DNA of 64,000 nucleotides from Actinomycetota bacterium (GCA_002697535.1 NZWE01000008.1:5796-69795), one strand, 5' to 3'. Positions 1-10,672 are shown, numbered from the stretch's first letter. Numbers and translations are program-made. Notes: a model not told the origin generated them from the letters alone.

Positions 1-12
1 CTTGATAGTGTC

Positions 13-264
13 ATGCTCTTTTCTACCTGGGAAGTTGAACAACATAAATTGTTACATAAATTATTATCTCAAAAGAAATTACTGATCATTCAACACTGCA
101 TTTCTAACTGCGAGGATCCTCAGGGTGTTACTAAAGCTTATATTGAATCTTTGTATGGAGCCAGCTTAAGCTCATTTAAACAGGATCTATCCTCATTAAT
201 TGGGATTGAATCTATTTCATTATCAGCGTTATCAGTGGTAATTAACAAATTAACATTACTATAA
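13..264 (+). CDS. Hypothetical protein, possibly the C-terminal end of an ORF entering from outside the window
   Basis: Frame remains open from base 1 (LDSVM...), stop at 264; no recognisable domain. Confidence 0.35.
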   Translation: MLFSTWEVEQHKLLHKLLSQKKLLIIQHCISNCEDPQGVTKAYIESLYGASLSSFKQDLSSLIGIESISLSALSVVINKLTLL

Positions 265-478
265 AACTATAACGATACGCATTGCTCCTGACCAACTATC
301 TAAATTAGTAGAAGTGTAATCCAGTGTAACTGGATGTCGACAACCGTTCTCCATACTTTCTTCACTATATCTACCTCTTTTTCTATGTGCACATTTGCTG
401 TCATTCACTTTATAGATTGATCTGGCCTATCTTTGATTTCTAATTTTGTGTTCGGTTTTTTATAATATCTTTGTATGA

Positions 479-631
479 TTAGTTTTTAGAAATAAACTCA
501 TTCATATCTTTTAAGGCTTCTTTGGCTATTTCGGTCTTATTTTTTATAGCAGATGCACGAACAAAGAAGACACCTTCTAAAATGATGATATCATTTGATG
601 ATTCTAATTTATCTTCTTTACTAGATTGCAT
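479..631 (-). CDS. Possible small protein (50 aa): MQSSKEDKLESSNDIIILEGVFFVRASAIKNKTEIAKEALKDMNEFISKN
   Basis: Manual minus-strand translation; GGAG Shine-Dalgarno-like motif just upstream of ATG; below the ORF track cutoff. Confidence 0.35.
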   Translation of the reverse strand: MQSSKEDKLESSNDIIILEGVFFVRASAIKNKTEIAKEALKDMNEFISKN

Positions 632-693
632 CTTGCAACTCCTTACTATAAAACTGTATAGTTATTGATTGTCTTATTAAAAAAGTACCGAAA

Positions 694-1593
694 ATGAGCC
701 ATTTTAAAACATTGAATTTTTTTGATATAAATTTCGACAAACCAATAATTTATATTATTGGACCTACGGCAATTGGCAAATCTGAACTTGCGTTATCGCT
801 TGCTCAACACCTTAAAACTGAGATTATTTCGGCTGATTCATATCAAGTTTATCAAGGTATGGATATTGGCACTGCAAAAGTATCTAAGAATGACCGCTTA
901 TTAGTACCTCATCACCTTATTGATACCCACTTACCAGATCAACCTTATAATGTTACTGATTTTTTACGCTATTGTAATGACTACCTTCAATCCAATAAAC
1001 AAGTCATTATATGTGGGGGAAATGGCTTATTCTTACGATCATTTCTCTATCGTTATGAATTTCCTAAAGCAAAAAGTGACCCTAATATACGTCAATCGCT
1101 TATGCATGATTATGATAAAGGCCTTAAGCAATCCTTATGGGACAAGCTACATTCCGCTGATCCTAAAGCAGCGGCTAATATCCATATTAATAACAAACAT
1201 CAATTAATTAGAGCTTTAGAAATTTATCATATTACTCAACAACCTCCATCTTCTATTAAGCTCCAAAATGCTACCCCTCGCGATGATGTTACCGTTTTAG
1301 GTTTAACATGTGATAGAAATGTGGTAACTCAACGTATAGATGAACGAGTTGATATTATGATTAATAATGGTCTTATTGATGAAGTTAAACACTTACTTGA
1401 TGTTGGTTATACACCAAGTCTTCCTGCACTCAACTGTATTGGATATAAAGAAACCATTCAGTATTTACATGGTAGTATTACTCGAGATGAAATGATAAGA
1501 TTAATTAAAATTCATACTCATCAATTCTCAAAACGTCAAATGACATGGTTTAAAAAAATAGATAATGTTTTCTGGAATGTTTCATCTAAATAA
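694..1593 (+). CDS. miaA: tRNA dimethylallyltransferase MiaA
   Basis: P-loop IIGPTAIGKSELA, ISADSYQVYQGMDIGTAK, DEVKHLLDVGYTPSLPALNCIGYKE. Confidence 0.95.
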   Translation: MSHFKTLNFFDINFDKPIIYIIGPTAIGKSELALSLAQHLKTEIISADSYQVYQGMDIGTAKVSKNDRLLVPHHLIDTHLPDQPYNVTDFLRYCNDYLQSNKQVIICGGNGLFLRSFLYRYEFPKAKSDPNIRQSLMHDYDKGLKQSLWDKLHSADPKAAANIHINNKHQLIRALEIYHITQQPPSSIKLQNATPRDDVTVLGLTCDRNVVTQRIDERVDIMINNGLIDEVKHLLDVGYTPSLPALNCIGYKETIQYLHGSITRDEMIRLIKIHTHQFSKRQMTWFKKIDNVFWNVSSK

Positions 1594-3685
1594 AGATCAA
1601 TTAAAGCAATATATAATATATGCTGTCTTAGCATTGGCAGTGCTTATCAACACGGCTATTATCTACAGTCCTTTTATCCCCAAAAATATTAATTTAGAAG
1701 TCAATGATACAGCACTTAGCACCATTACCGCTCCTCGTTATATAGAATTTGAATCTCGCCAAGATAAAATAGCAAATAAAAAAACCCAAAATCATATTAA
1801 AAACACCATCCCTCCCGTTTATTCAATTAATCAAACGATTAATAGCGCTATCATTGAAAATATAGCTTTATTTTTTGATGATATTGCATCTAACCCTATG
1901 GATAAATTAAGTATCTATATTTCTCAAATTTTATCATCAGAGGATACATTTTATTTAAAATCCATTTCCAATGATATGTTTCAGCAATTAAAAAGTGATA
2001 CTCTTTCTATAACAAACACCTTATTATCTAGCGGAATTAAAGAAATTAATCATGCCGTTGTCAAAACATCTGTTTCTGAATCATTGCAATCTTACGATCC
2101 TAATCTACAAAATATTGCTTATCATATTATTACGCATTACTTACAACCTAATCTTACTATTGATCAAGAGCAAACCAATCTTATTATTAAACAAGCATTA
2201 TCATCTCAAATAAAACAAACATCCATTTATAAAAAAGGACAACCGATTATTTATCAAGGAGAGCGTATAAATGGAGCTCAAATTGAAGTCTTTAAAGCAC
2301 TGAATATGTACCATAGCAAAGCTAGTTATATTGAACTTTTTGGTATCTTTATTTTTACCCTAATTGGCATTCTTATACTGGATCGATTTATTTATTATTT
2401 TTATAAACGAGCTTACTTTCTAAAATATATCTGCTTAAGTTTATTGGTTTTAACCCTTCTCGTTTTAATTGGGCGTTTAAGCTTACTTCCTACTTATCTT
2501 CCTTCTGATGTACTTATTTATCTACTTATCCCCATATCTATCTCTTCTATGCTATTAACCTTTCTTGTTTCATCTAATATTGCTCTAATTACAGGAACTT
2601 TAATTAGTATTTTTATTAGTCTTTTATTTAATATGAGTTTTGACGTCTTTATATTTTTATTTCTTAGTACTTGTTTTACGACCTTTACCGTTTTAAAAGC
2701 CTATAAACGATCTGACTTAATTTTATCTGGATACTTCATTGGCGCATTTAATATTTTTTGTATAATTGGGATTGGCCTTCTATCTAAAGAAACCAGTTAT
2801 TCTTGGTATGGTATTAATGCTCTTTTTGCCTTTGGAAATGGTGTTTTCTCAGCAATGGTTACGCTTGCAATTTTACCTTATTTTGAACTTTTATTTAAAA
2901 TTACAACGAACCAAACATTACTTGAACTTGCTAATTTAAATCATCCTTTACTAAAACGCCTGATGATGGATGCCCCTGGTACCTATCAACATAGCTTGAT
3001 GGTTGCTAATCTTTCGGAAGCAGCAGCCGAATCTATTGGTGCTAATAATATTTTGTGTCGTGTTGGTAGTTATTTTCATGATATTGGTAAATTAAAACGA
3101 CCTGTGTTTTTTTCTGAAAATCAATTTTCAGAAGATAATCCTCATGAAACAATAGCTCCTCGTATTAGTAAAATGATTATTCTATCTCACGTTAAAGAAG
3201 GTGCTGATTTAGCTATTAAACATAAACTGCCTACTGTACTTAAAGATCTTATTGAACAACATCATGGCACCTCATTGTTGTCGGTATTTTATACTCAAGC
3301 TATATCAAAAGAAGGTCAAGTCCCTACAACTGATGATGAATTTAGATATTCAGGGCCAAAACCACAAACCAAAGAAGCAGGCATTCTTATGTTGGCTGAT
3401 TCTGTAGAAGCGGCTACTCGTTCTATTGAAAAAATAACACCTCAAAAAATCGAAAATATGATTAACAAAATTTTTAAAGATAAAATGGATGATTTACAAC
3501 TATCTGAATGCCCTCTTAGTTTAAATGAAATTTTTACGATTAAATCTAGCTTTTTATATTTATTTAGAGGCATTCAACATAATCGAGTTGATTATGTTAA
3601 AGAAGTCGAAAAACTTAATTCTCAAGATAATTCTCAAAAAAATTCTGATGATGATATTACATCTACTGACATTAAAAAATCATAA
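1565..3685 (+). CDS. 7TM-HD domain phosphohydrolase, PgpH/YqfF family
   Basis: N-terminal extracellular region, multiple TM segments, HD motifs (HSLMVANL, FHDIGK, HHG). Confidence 0.88.
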   Translation: MFSGMFHLNKDQLKQYIIYAVLALAVLINTAIIYSPFIPKNINLEVNDTALSTITAPRYIEFESRQDKIANKKTQNHIKNTIPPVYSINQTINSAIIENIALFFDDIASNPMDKLSIYISQILSSEDTFYLKSISNDMFQQLKSDTLSITNTLLSSGIKEINHAVVKTSVSESLQSYDPNLQNIAYHIITHYLQPNLTIDQEQTNLIIKQALSSQIKQTSIYKKGQPIIYQGERINGAQIEVFKALNMYHSKASYIELFGIFIFTLIGILILDRFIYYFYKRAYFLKYICLSLLVLTLLVLIGRLSLLPTYLPSDVLIYLLIPISISSMLLTFLVSSNIALITGTLISIFISLLFNMSFDVFIFLFLSTCFTTFTVLKAYKRSDLILSGYFIGAFNIFCIIGIGLLSKETSYSWYGINALFAFGNGVFSAMVTLAILPYFELLFKITTNQTLLELANLNHPLLKRLMMDAPGTYQHSLMVANLSEAAAESIGANNILCRVGSYFHDIGKLKRPVFFSENQFSEDNPHETIAPRISKMIILSHVKEGADLAIKHKLPTVLKDLIEQHHGTSLLSVFYTQAISKEGQVPTTDDEFRYSGPKPQTKEAGILMLADSVEAATRSIEKITPQKIENMINKIFKDKMDDLQLSECPLSLNEIFTIKSSFLYLFRGIQHNRVDYVKEVEKLNSQDNSQKNSDDDITSTDIKKS

Positions 3686-4107
3686 TGGCTGTTTCCTATT
3701 CTGTTCATTACCAAACACCTTTTTCTCATACCTTTAATGCCGATTTATTTATTAAGACAGCATTTAACTTAAAACATATCTGTGACGGTTCTATAGAATT
3801 TACTTTTGTTGATGATGACTTTATGGTTTCACTTCATAAATCTTACTTAAATGATACATCTAAAACAGATATTATGACGTTTAATTTAAACTCATTAATC
3901 AATCCTATTGGAGACATTTATATTTGTATTAACGAAGCTGAACGTAATTCACATCAATATCACACATCATTAGATTATGAAATTCAATTTCTTATCTTAC
4001 ATGGCATTTTACATCTTATTGGCTATACCGATGAAACTGATTTTGAAAAAAACTATATGCTTGATGAACAAAATCGTTTATTAAATCTTATCCACCCCCT
4101 CATTTAA
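3685..4107 (+). CDS. ybeY: Endoribonuclease YbeY
   Basis: DIMTFNL and HGILHLIGYTDETD metal-binding motif; located beside the HD protein and dgkA as commonly seen. Confidence 0.92.
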   Translation: MAVSYSVHYQTPFSHTFNADLFIKTAFNLKHICDGSIEFTFVDDDFMVSLHKSYLNDTSKTDIMTFNLNSLINPIGDIYICINEAERNSHQYHTSLDYEIQFLILHGILHLIGYTDETDFEKNYMLDEQNRLLNLIHPLI

Positions 4108-4110
4108 GTT

Positions 4111-4497
4111 ATGAAACTTCATTCTTTTTTATACTCACTTAAGATGGCTATTAATGGATTGCGAACAGCCTTACATAGAGAAAATAACTTTCAAATTCAG
4201 GTTATGATAATGATTACTGTTCTATTACTTAGCTTTCTTCTGTCTTTGTCTATTATTGAATGGTGTATTATACTTTTTTGTATTGGAATGGTATTATGTA
4301 TTGAATTAATGAATACATCAATTGAATATTTAGCTAATCTATATAATTCTCATTATGATTTAAGAATAAAACGAATTAAGGATATATCTGCTGCTAGTGT
4401 CTTATTGGTTAGTCTTATTTCAGGTATTATAGGAGGGCTTATTCTAATCCCAAAATGTTTAAACTTTGCTAAAAGTTGGAAGGTTCTACTATATTGA
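4111..4497 (+). CDS. dgkA: Diacylglycerol kinase family membrane protein
   Basis: HRENNFQIQ, CIELMNTSIEYLANL, KRIKDISAASVL motifs. Confidence 0.9.
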   Translation: MKLHSFLYSLKMAINGLRTALHRENNFQIQVMIMITVLLLSFLLSLSIIEWCIILFCIGMVLCIELMNTSIEYLANLYNSHYDLRIKRIKDISAASVLLVSLISGIIGGLILIPKCLNFAKSWKVLLY

Positions 4498-5780
4498 TTG
4501 ATATACTTTTTGTTAAAACCATAATATTTGTACTTTTTATTTTCTTGTCAGCCTTTTTTTCTGCTGCAGAAACAGCCTTTACTGCTATCAATAGAATTAA
4601 ACTTCGTTCAATAATCCAAGCACAAAAAAAACAAGCACATCATATTGAATTTTTACTTCAACATCCTAAAAAACTATTAACGGCTATCCTGATTGGCAAT
4701 AATCTTGCCAACATTGCAGCAACTACTTTTGCTACTGCCTTTTTTATTGACCTATTACGTTCTATCGGGTTTACCAATATAGCAGCCATGCTAGGTATTA
4801 TTACTGTTTTAGTCACCTTTATTTTATTAGTTTTTGGAGAAATCACCCCTAAAACACTAGCTATGAAAAACCCGTCTAAGTGGGCCTTTAATATTTCCTC
4901 TATTATTTATTATATCTATTTTATCGAATATCCATTTATTTGGCTGTTTTACTCTATTACCAAATTACTTAGTTCTATTTTTGGGATTCAAACTACGGGT
5001 TCATCTCAACTTTCTGAAGAAGAAATTAAACTCCTTATTCAACTAGGCCAAGAAGAAGGCATTTTAGAAAAAGAAGAACAAAAAATGCTTCATGGTGTTA
5101 TTAATGTTTTTGATAAGGTTGTTCGAGAAATTATGACACCTCGTACTGATATGATCTGTTTAGAACGATCGAGTTCCATTGCCGAAGCTATTGATATTAT
5201 CCGCTCAAAGGGGCATTCTAGAATCCCTATTTATGAAGAAAAAATTGATAATATTATTGGGTTTGTTTACGCAAAGGATCTTCTTTATGCCAATCATTCT
5301 AATCAAGCTAATCTACTTCATAATTTTATGAGAGAAGCTGTCTTTATTCCTGAAACAAAACAAATTCAATCTTTATTACAACAAATGCGTAAAAAAAAGT
5401 TTCATTTATCAATTGTTGTTGATGAACACGGTGGTGTTGCTGGACTTGTTACAATGGAAGATATTATTGAAGAAATTGTTGGAGAAATACAAGATGAATA
5501 TGATAATGAAAAACTATCTATTAAAAAATTAACATCATCTCGTTATATCATTGATGCCGCTGTTCGTATTGAAGAACTTTCTGAAACATTAGGATATCAA
5601 TTTCCAGAAGATGAAGATTATGATACGGTTGCTGGTTTTATTCTTGCTCAAATTGGATCTTTTCCTAAAAAAAATGATAAAATTTCTTATAAACATTTTG
5701 ATTTTATTGTAAGAGACATTAAGAATAGACGTATCATTGCTTTTGATGTCATTATTCATAAAGAAAAATCTAGTTCGTAA
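4476..5780 (+). CDS. CNNM/CorC-HlyC family transporter with CBS pair
   Basis: DUF21-type TM region, VREIMTPRTDM, CBS motifs, DEHGGVAGLVTMEDIIEEIVGEIQDEYD, C-terminal transporter-associated domain. Confidence 0.92.
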   Translation: MEGSTILIDILFVKTIIFVLFIFLSAFFSAAETAFTAINRIKLRSIIQAQKKQAHHIEFLLQHPKKLLTAILIGNNLANIAATTFATAFFIDLLRSIGFTNIAAMLGIITVLVTFILLVFGEITPKTLAMKNPSKWAFNISSIIYYIYFIEYPFIWLFYSITKLLSSIFGIQTTGSSQLSEEEIKLLIQLGQEEGILEKEEQKMLHGVINVFDKVVREIMTPRTDMICLERSSSIAEAIDIIRSKGHSRIPIYEEKIDNIIGFVYAKDLLYANHSNQANLLHNFMREAVFIPETKQIQSLLQQMRKKKFHLSIVVDEHGGVAGLVTMEDIIEEIVGEIQDEYDNEKLSIKKLTSSRYIIDAAVRIEELSETLGYQFPEDEDYDTVAGFILAQIGSFPKKNDKISYKHFDFIVRDIKNRRIIAFDVIIHKEKSSS

Positions 5781-5821
5781 ACCGTTGCTCAATTAGGTCT
5801 TAACATTGTATCCTTTACCAC

Positions 5822-8146
5822 ATGAAGGATTCGTCTAAATTAAATTTATCATTATCACGTTTTTTAAAAAAACAGTATCCTGATAGCTTTAAATTTAATC
5901 AAATGATTGTCCAAAAAGGAATTGCTAATGCTTCTATTATTTCTGAACATATGTACCGATCATGGCCTTTTTGGATTTCAAAACAATTAAAACCTGATCA
6001 AACTCCTCATATCAGTGATACGAACCTACTAGGTCTTATCAATACAAAACATAGAAACTGGACCTATATCAGTAGCCCTAACTCTGATAATGCCGCCATT
6101 ATAGATCCTGCTGGACTCATTTATGTAAAAGGAAAATCATACTCAATAGATTTTTGGATTAGTAACTCTAATTCACTTTTTATCCCTTCTCATAAAGATG
6201 ATATTCGCCAGCAATATATCCCAGAATCAAATAGCGTTTTAACATCATTTTCTTTGTCTCAACTTGATATAGAATCTCATGTTATGTTTAACCAATTGCC
6301 CAGTAATCTTGATTTTGTATTTTGCAACTATAAACTTACAAATAATACCAAGAAAAACATTAAATTTTCTTTTTATATCGCTATTCGTCCTTTTGATTTT
6401 GAAGGTGTCACTGATATTCAATCGATACAATACCTACAAGATGGTATTTTTATGGTTGATAAACAATTAGGAATCGTTTTAGATAAACAACCCGATAATA
6501 TTGTTTGCCTGGCTCATCACGAAGGTGATGTTAGTGAGCATTTTAATAAATTAGAAATGATTTTTAATGCCTCTTGCCCACTTAAAAAGGTGTCTGCGTT
6601 TGCTGAATATCGTCTAGTCATTGCGCCTAACAAAGATATCTCTTTAACATTTAAAATTCCGTGTATGACACGTCTCTTTCCTCAACTAAAAATACCTTTT
6701 TTAAATCAACAATCACCTTCAGATTTAGTTCAAAAAACATATCAATCGTTTACATTTGATAAATCACTTAAAGAATTATCATTTTATAACTCTGATTTAC
6801 GTAATCAAGATATGTCATTTTCATTTCCGGATGCTCACTTAACACAATTTATTCATTCTCAATTTTCATTTTTAATTTCCTCTCTTCATACGAACTCCTT
6901 TAAACATGGTTATTATCAAGAATTAAATCATTGTCCATTTGATCACCTTTTCTTTATGAATTCACTTTATCTTGCAGGATACAAACCATCCTTATATTCT
7001 CATATTTTTTCAGTAAAATATCTTAATAAGGTTTATTCACATTTAAAATCTAAACAACTTTCTTTTACTGACTGCTCTTCTTGGTTTGAAAATTTATTAG
7101 GCTTATTCAATAGTAATGTTATTACTATTACTCATGATATGTATAAAGTATTATTTAAAATTATCATGCTGGGCTTAAATCAATTTAAATTTTATGATGA
7201 TCTTGAATTTAAAACGCTGCCTGCTCGCTCTAGCTCTAAGCATCCACCCTCTTTTTTCTTATCTGATGTTATAGGGTTATTTGGTTGCTTACATTTTTTC
7301 AAACTACTATCTCAAAAATTACCTTATGGGAATTTAGACATTATTAATAACGCTAATTTAAATCATTATAGTGCCTTATTAGAGGATTCTATCGAAACGT
7401 TTTGCAGTGCTGTTTCTAGTAAAATTGCTTTAAATAATGTTGTTCCTGTTTCTTCTACCCAATATATTTCCTTAGATTTAATTAAAACACTTTCTTTATA
7501 TGTTACATTTTTTCCAAACAAAAATAACTATATCAAAAATACAATTTTAAATATTCAAAAGCATTTAGCTTATAACCAATTAATCTTTTCCATGATTAAC
7601 CCTTCTGGATTTCCATTATCTTACAATTTAGATTATATACAATTACTGATTAAACTAGATCCTAAAAATGTATTTAATATCATCACTAAGCTTTTATCCT
7701 ACGCAACCTCTACCTTTACATTTCCAGATACTATCCATCCAATTACAAAAGGTGGGAGTGAAGGTGATGGCCATACTATCAAACATGGTGTTTTACTTAC
7801 GCAGTATATCTTTGATACGATTCTTTCTCAAAATGATAAAAACCTTATCTTGTTTCCTGCAATACCAGCTGAATGGTTAGCTAACCATTCTTGGCATATT
7901 AATAACTATAAAATAGGTAAAGAAACTATATCCTTATCTATTAAACAATCCCCTACTGAAACAACACTTGATATTACGTTTTCAAACAAAAAATTATTTA
8001 GTTTTTTTATAATTCATACCCATTCTCACTATAAGTCTTTTATACTTAATGATACTGAAATTGCTATCAAATCTCCTACGATTAAAATACCTGGATCTGA
8101 AACATGTATCCGTCTCATTAAACATGATGTCAAATCAACCTTCTAG
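5822..8146 (+). CDS. Probable glycoside-hydrolase-like large cytoplasmic protein
   Basis: Sandwich-like N-terminal half, helical second half, late GGSEGDGHTIKHGVLLTQ and PAIPAEWL segments reminiscent of GH65/GH94-like proteins; family not confirmed. Confidence 0.45.
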   Translation: MKDSSKLNLSLSRFLKKQYPDSFKFNQMIVQKGIANASIISEHMYRSWPFWISKQLKPDQTPHISDTNLLGLINTKHRNWTYISSPNSDNAAIIDPAGLIYVKGKSYSIDFWISNSNSLFIPSHKDDIRQQYIPESNSVLTSFSLSQLDIESHVMFNQLPSNLDFVFCNYKLTNNTKKNIKFSFYIAIRPFDFEGVTDIQSIQYLQDGIFMVDKQLGIVLDKQPDNIVCLAHHEGDVSEHFNKLEMIFNASCPLKKVSAFAEYRLVIAPNKDISLTFKIPCMTRLFPQLKIPFLNQQSPSDLVQKTYQSFTFDKSLKELSFYNSDLRNQDMSFSFPDAHLTQFIHSQFSFLISSLHTNSFKHGYYQELNHCPFDHLFFMNSLYLAGYKPSLYSHIFSVKYLNKVYSHLKSKQLSFTDCSSWFENLLGLFNSNVITITHDMYKVLFKIIMLGLNQFKFYDDLEFKTLPARSSSKHPPSFFLSDVIGLFGCLHFFKLLSQKLPYGNLDIINNANLNHYSALLEDSIETFCSAVSSKIALNNVVPVSSTQYISLDLIKTLSLYVTFFPNKNNYIKNTILNIQKHLAYNQLIFSMINPSGFPLSYNLDYIQLLIKLDPKNVFNIITKLLSYATSTFTFPDTIHPITKGGSEGDGHTIKHGVLLTQYIFDTILSQNDKNLILFPAIPAEWLANHSWHINNYKIGKETISLSIKQSPTETTLDITFSNKKLFSFFIIHTHSHYKSFILNDTEIAIKSPTIKIPGSETCIRLIKHDVKSTF

Positions 8147-9470
8147 TGAATCAATAGAAGTTACCAAGCTTGTCAATGGCGGTTATGGGTTAGCTTATTA
8201 TCATAAAAGACCATTGTTTATTCCTAAAACTGTTCCGGGTGATCATGTCCAGGTTTTGTTAACTCGCAAAAAAAAATATTACTCGTTTGCAAAAGTTATT
8301 CGTTATATAAAAAAATCTCCTTTAAGACAACTCGATACATGTATCCACTCTAATGAATGTGGTGGATGCCAATTTCAAGATATTGACTATTCAAACCAAC
8401 TTAATCTAAAACAAGATTGTCTTCATGACACAATTACGCATGATGCCCCATTTTTATTACCTTATTTAAAGCCAATTATTCCTTGTAAAACAACTCATTA
8501 TCATCGAAATAAAATGGAATTTGCTTTTTATCAATCGGAAAGCTTAGAGCTAGGGCTTAAAGAACAACTAAACCCTACTTCGGTTATTCCTGTTTCACAA
8601 TGTCTCTTAATGTCAGAAACCTCTAATGATATTCTTAACTTTACACGAAACTTCTTTGAAAAATCTAAATTAAGTGTTTGGAATTCTCGCAAACAAATGG
8701 GCTGCTTAAGTCACTTAATGATTAGGCATTCAAAAGCATTTGATACTTACATGGTTAATATTTTAGCAAGTTCCTATGAACCCTTATTTTCTGATTATGC
8801 ACTTTCTTTAAGTCAACAATTTCCTCAGATAAAATCTATTAATTTGTTAAAATTCATACAAAAGAAAGGTATTCCATCCTCTACATCTTGCCATCACTTA
8901 CATGGTGATTCCTTCATTTTTGAAACTATTAATAATCTTACCTTCCGTATTTCTCCACTATCTTTTTTTCAAACAAACAGTCTTCAAGTTGGAACCTTAT
9001 ATGACATTATTAAGGATTCATGTTCTTTAGAACCCGGCCAAACGCTACTGGATTTATATTGTGGAACCGGCACAATTGGTCAATATGTTAGTCAAGGTAA
9101 GTATAACTTAATAGGGATCGATGAAATCTCTGAAGCGATTGAGGATGCAAAAGAAAATGCTCGTTTTAATAATATTGATAATACTACCTACTTTTCTGGT
9201 AGAGTGAAAAATATCTTAAAGTTTAACTCGTTCTCTCCTGATTGTGTTATTATCGATCCTCCCCGATCTGGGATGGTTCCAAAGGCACTTAAGCGTGTTT
9301 GTGAACTTAATTGCAAGCAATTAGTTTATGTTTCTTGTAACCCAGTTAGCCTTGTACGCGATCTTAAATTGCTAAGAGACTATGGGTATCATGTTACTAA
9401 TTTTACTCCTGTTGATATGTTCCCTCATACTTATCATCTTGAATGTGTGGTTTCTCTTACACTAAATTAA
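8127..9470 (+). CDS. rlmD: 23S rRNA (uracil-5-)-methyltransferase, RlmD/RumA family
   Basis: TRAM-like N terminus, Fe-S cysteines CIHSNECGGCQ, DLYCGTGTIG, IIDPPRSG, YVSCNPVSLVRD; likely start is the internal Met near 8127, not 8049. Confidence 0.85.
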   Translation: MSNQPSSESIEVTKLVNGGYGLAYYHKRPLFIPKTVPGDHVQVLLTRKKKYYSFAKVIRYIKKSPLRQLDTCIHSNECGGCQFQDIDYSNQLNLKQDCLHDTITHDAPFLLPYLKPIIPCKTTHYHRNKMEFAFYQSESLELGLKEQLNPTSVIPVSQCLLMSETSNDILNFTRNFFEKSKLSVWNSRKQMGCLSHLMIRHSKAFDTYMVNILASSYEPLFSDYALSLSQQFPQIKSINLLKFIQKKGIPSSTSCHHLHGDSFIFETINNLTFRISPLSFFQTNSLQVGTLYDIIKDSCSLEPGQTLLDLYCGTGTIGQYVSQGKYNLIGIDEISEAIEDAKENARFNNIDNTTYFSGRVKNILKFNSFSPDCVIIDPPRSGMVPKALKRVCELNCKQLVYVSCNPVSLVRDLKLLRDYGYHVTNFTPVDMFPHTYHLECVVSLTLN

Positions 9471-9566
9471 AAATTCTTTACCCATATATATGCAGGATTA
9501 TGCTTATAAATCTATCGCGTATTTACTTGAACATGATAGATAAACTAAGTTACACTGAATTGACGT

Positions 9567-10370
9567 ATGAAATATAATAATGAAATTCATCAACTGGATG
9601 AACATAATGACGAATTATTAAACCTCTCAACAATGCTTAATAAAGCGATACAAACGTGTCGACGTCAAGAATTAAATTTAATTATTAAATTTTTAGAAAA
9701 CTTTTCAAACGATACAAATCAAGATCAAAGCTCTCTTTCAGAAAGTCCTGATTATATTAGTTATTCTTCAGATAAAGCTGAACATGAAAAGTTCAAAAGT
9801 ATCGTCACTGATTTAAGAACCTTATATGATACAGATCAACCAGCTGCACATCTTATCTTTTTTATGAGAAAAAATATCGATCAGCTAATGTCTCATATTC
9901 AAAATCTTGCTCTTACTACTCAAGAGTCTACAGAAATAATGGAACATAGTAATCCTCATGAGATATTTGAGGCTTATCTTAAAAACAATGATAGTCGTTA
10001 TACCAAAACTAAGCGCTTTATTACTGAAGAAATTTTTAATCTAACAGATCATTTTGAAGTTGAAAATTTTATTGATCACTTACGTTCTCAAACAAAAGAT
10101 ATTTCTCGTGCTACAGTCTACCGAACTATAAAACAATTATTAGATGCCAATCTATTACAAAAGATTACTACCTTAGATGGAAAAGTATTTTACGAGCATT
10201 CTAAAGCTCAACTTCAACATGCTCATATTATTTGTAATCAATGTGGAAAAATTACTGAAATGCATGATGATAACCTTCAGGATTTAATTACTAAGTATTG
10301 TGATACGATTGATTTTACAATGTCATATCAGTCTATCCATATTTATGGAACTTGCAAGAATTGCTCTTAA
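9567..10370 (+). CDS. Fur-family metalloregulator with a long N-terminal extension
   Basis: C-terminal 120 aa: ISRATVYRTIKQLLDANLL, HAHIICNQCGKITE, CKNC; first ~145 aa unrelated. Confidence 0.85.
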   Translation: MKYNNEIHQLDEHNDELLNLSTMLNKAIQTCRRQELNLIIKFLENFSNDTNQDQSSLSESPDYISYSSDKAEHEKFKSIVTDLRTLYDTDQPAAHLIFFMRKNIDQLMSHIQNLALTTQESTEIMEHSNPHEIFEAYLKNNDSRYTKTKRFITEEIFNLTDHFEVENFIDHLRSQTKDISRATVYRTIKQLLDANLLQKITTLDGKVFYEHSKAQLQHAHIICNQCGKITEMHDDNLQDLITKYCDTIDFTMSYQSIHIYGTCKNCS

Positions 10371-10444
10371 GCTAGGTCATTATATCCTACATACTATATG
10401 TAGCCCTCTGTTTATATGCGATATGTTTGTGGTATAAATAAACT

Positions 10445-10672
10445 ATGGAAACACTTATTGGTACGTTTATTATTATGTGCTTAGCTTTTTTAGGCTTTGG
10501 TGTTGGTGTTTTATTTTTTGGTAAAACAGCAAGCCATGATGCCTGTGGTAAGGTTCCTGAAATTGATCCTGAAGAGTGCTTATCTCAAAAAGCTGGTTTA
10601 TGTCCTTTTGAAGATGAATCAGGGGGTCTCAAAATGCAGCGTAAAGCGCGTGTTAATTACCCTTCATCATAA
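10445..10672 (+). CDS. NqrM-like small membrane protein with Cys motif
   Basis: N-terminal TM, GVGVLFFGKTASHDACGKVPEIDPEECLSQKAGLCP; genome encodes Na+-NQR nearby. Confidence 0.55.
   Translation: METLIGTFIIMCLAFLGFGVGVLFFGKTASHDACGKVPEIDPEECLSQKAGLCPFEDESGGLKMQRKARVNYPSS

Noticed and set aside
319-335. Inverted repeat atccag-tgtaa-ctggat, considered as tRNA or terminator piece
   Set aside because: Short stem, no T-rich tail, no tRNA-like T-arm nearby.
8049-8126. N-terminal extension of RlmD-like ORF given in ORF track
   Set aside because: Overlaps the preceding gene and precedes the conserved TRAM-type start; likely not translated.
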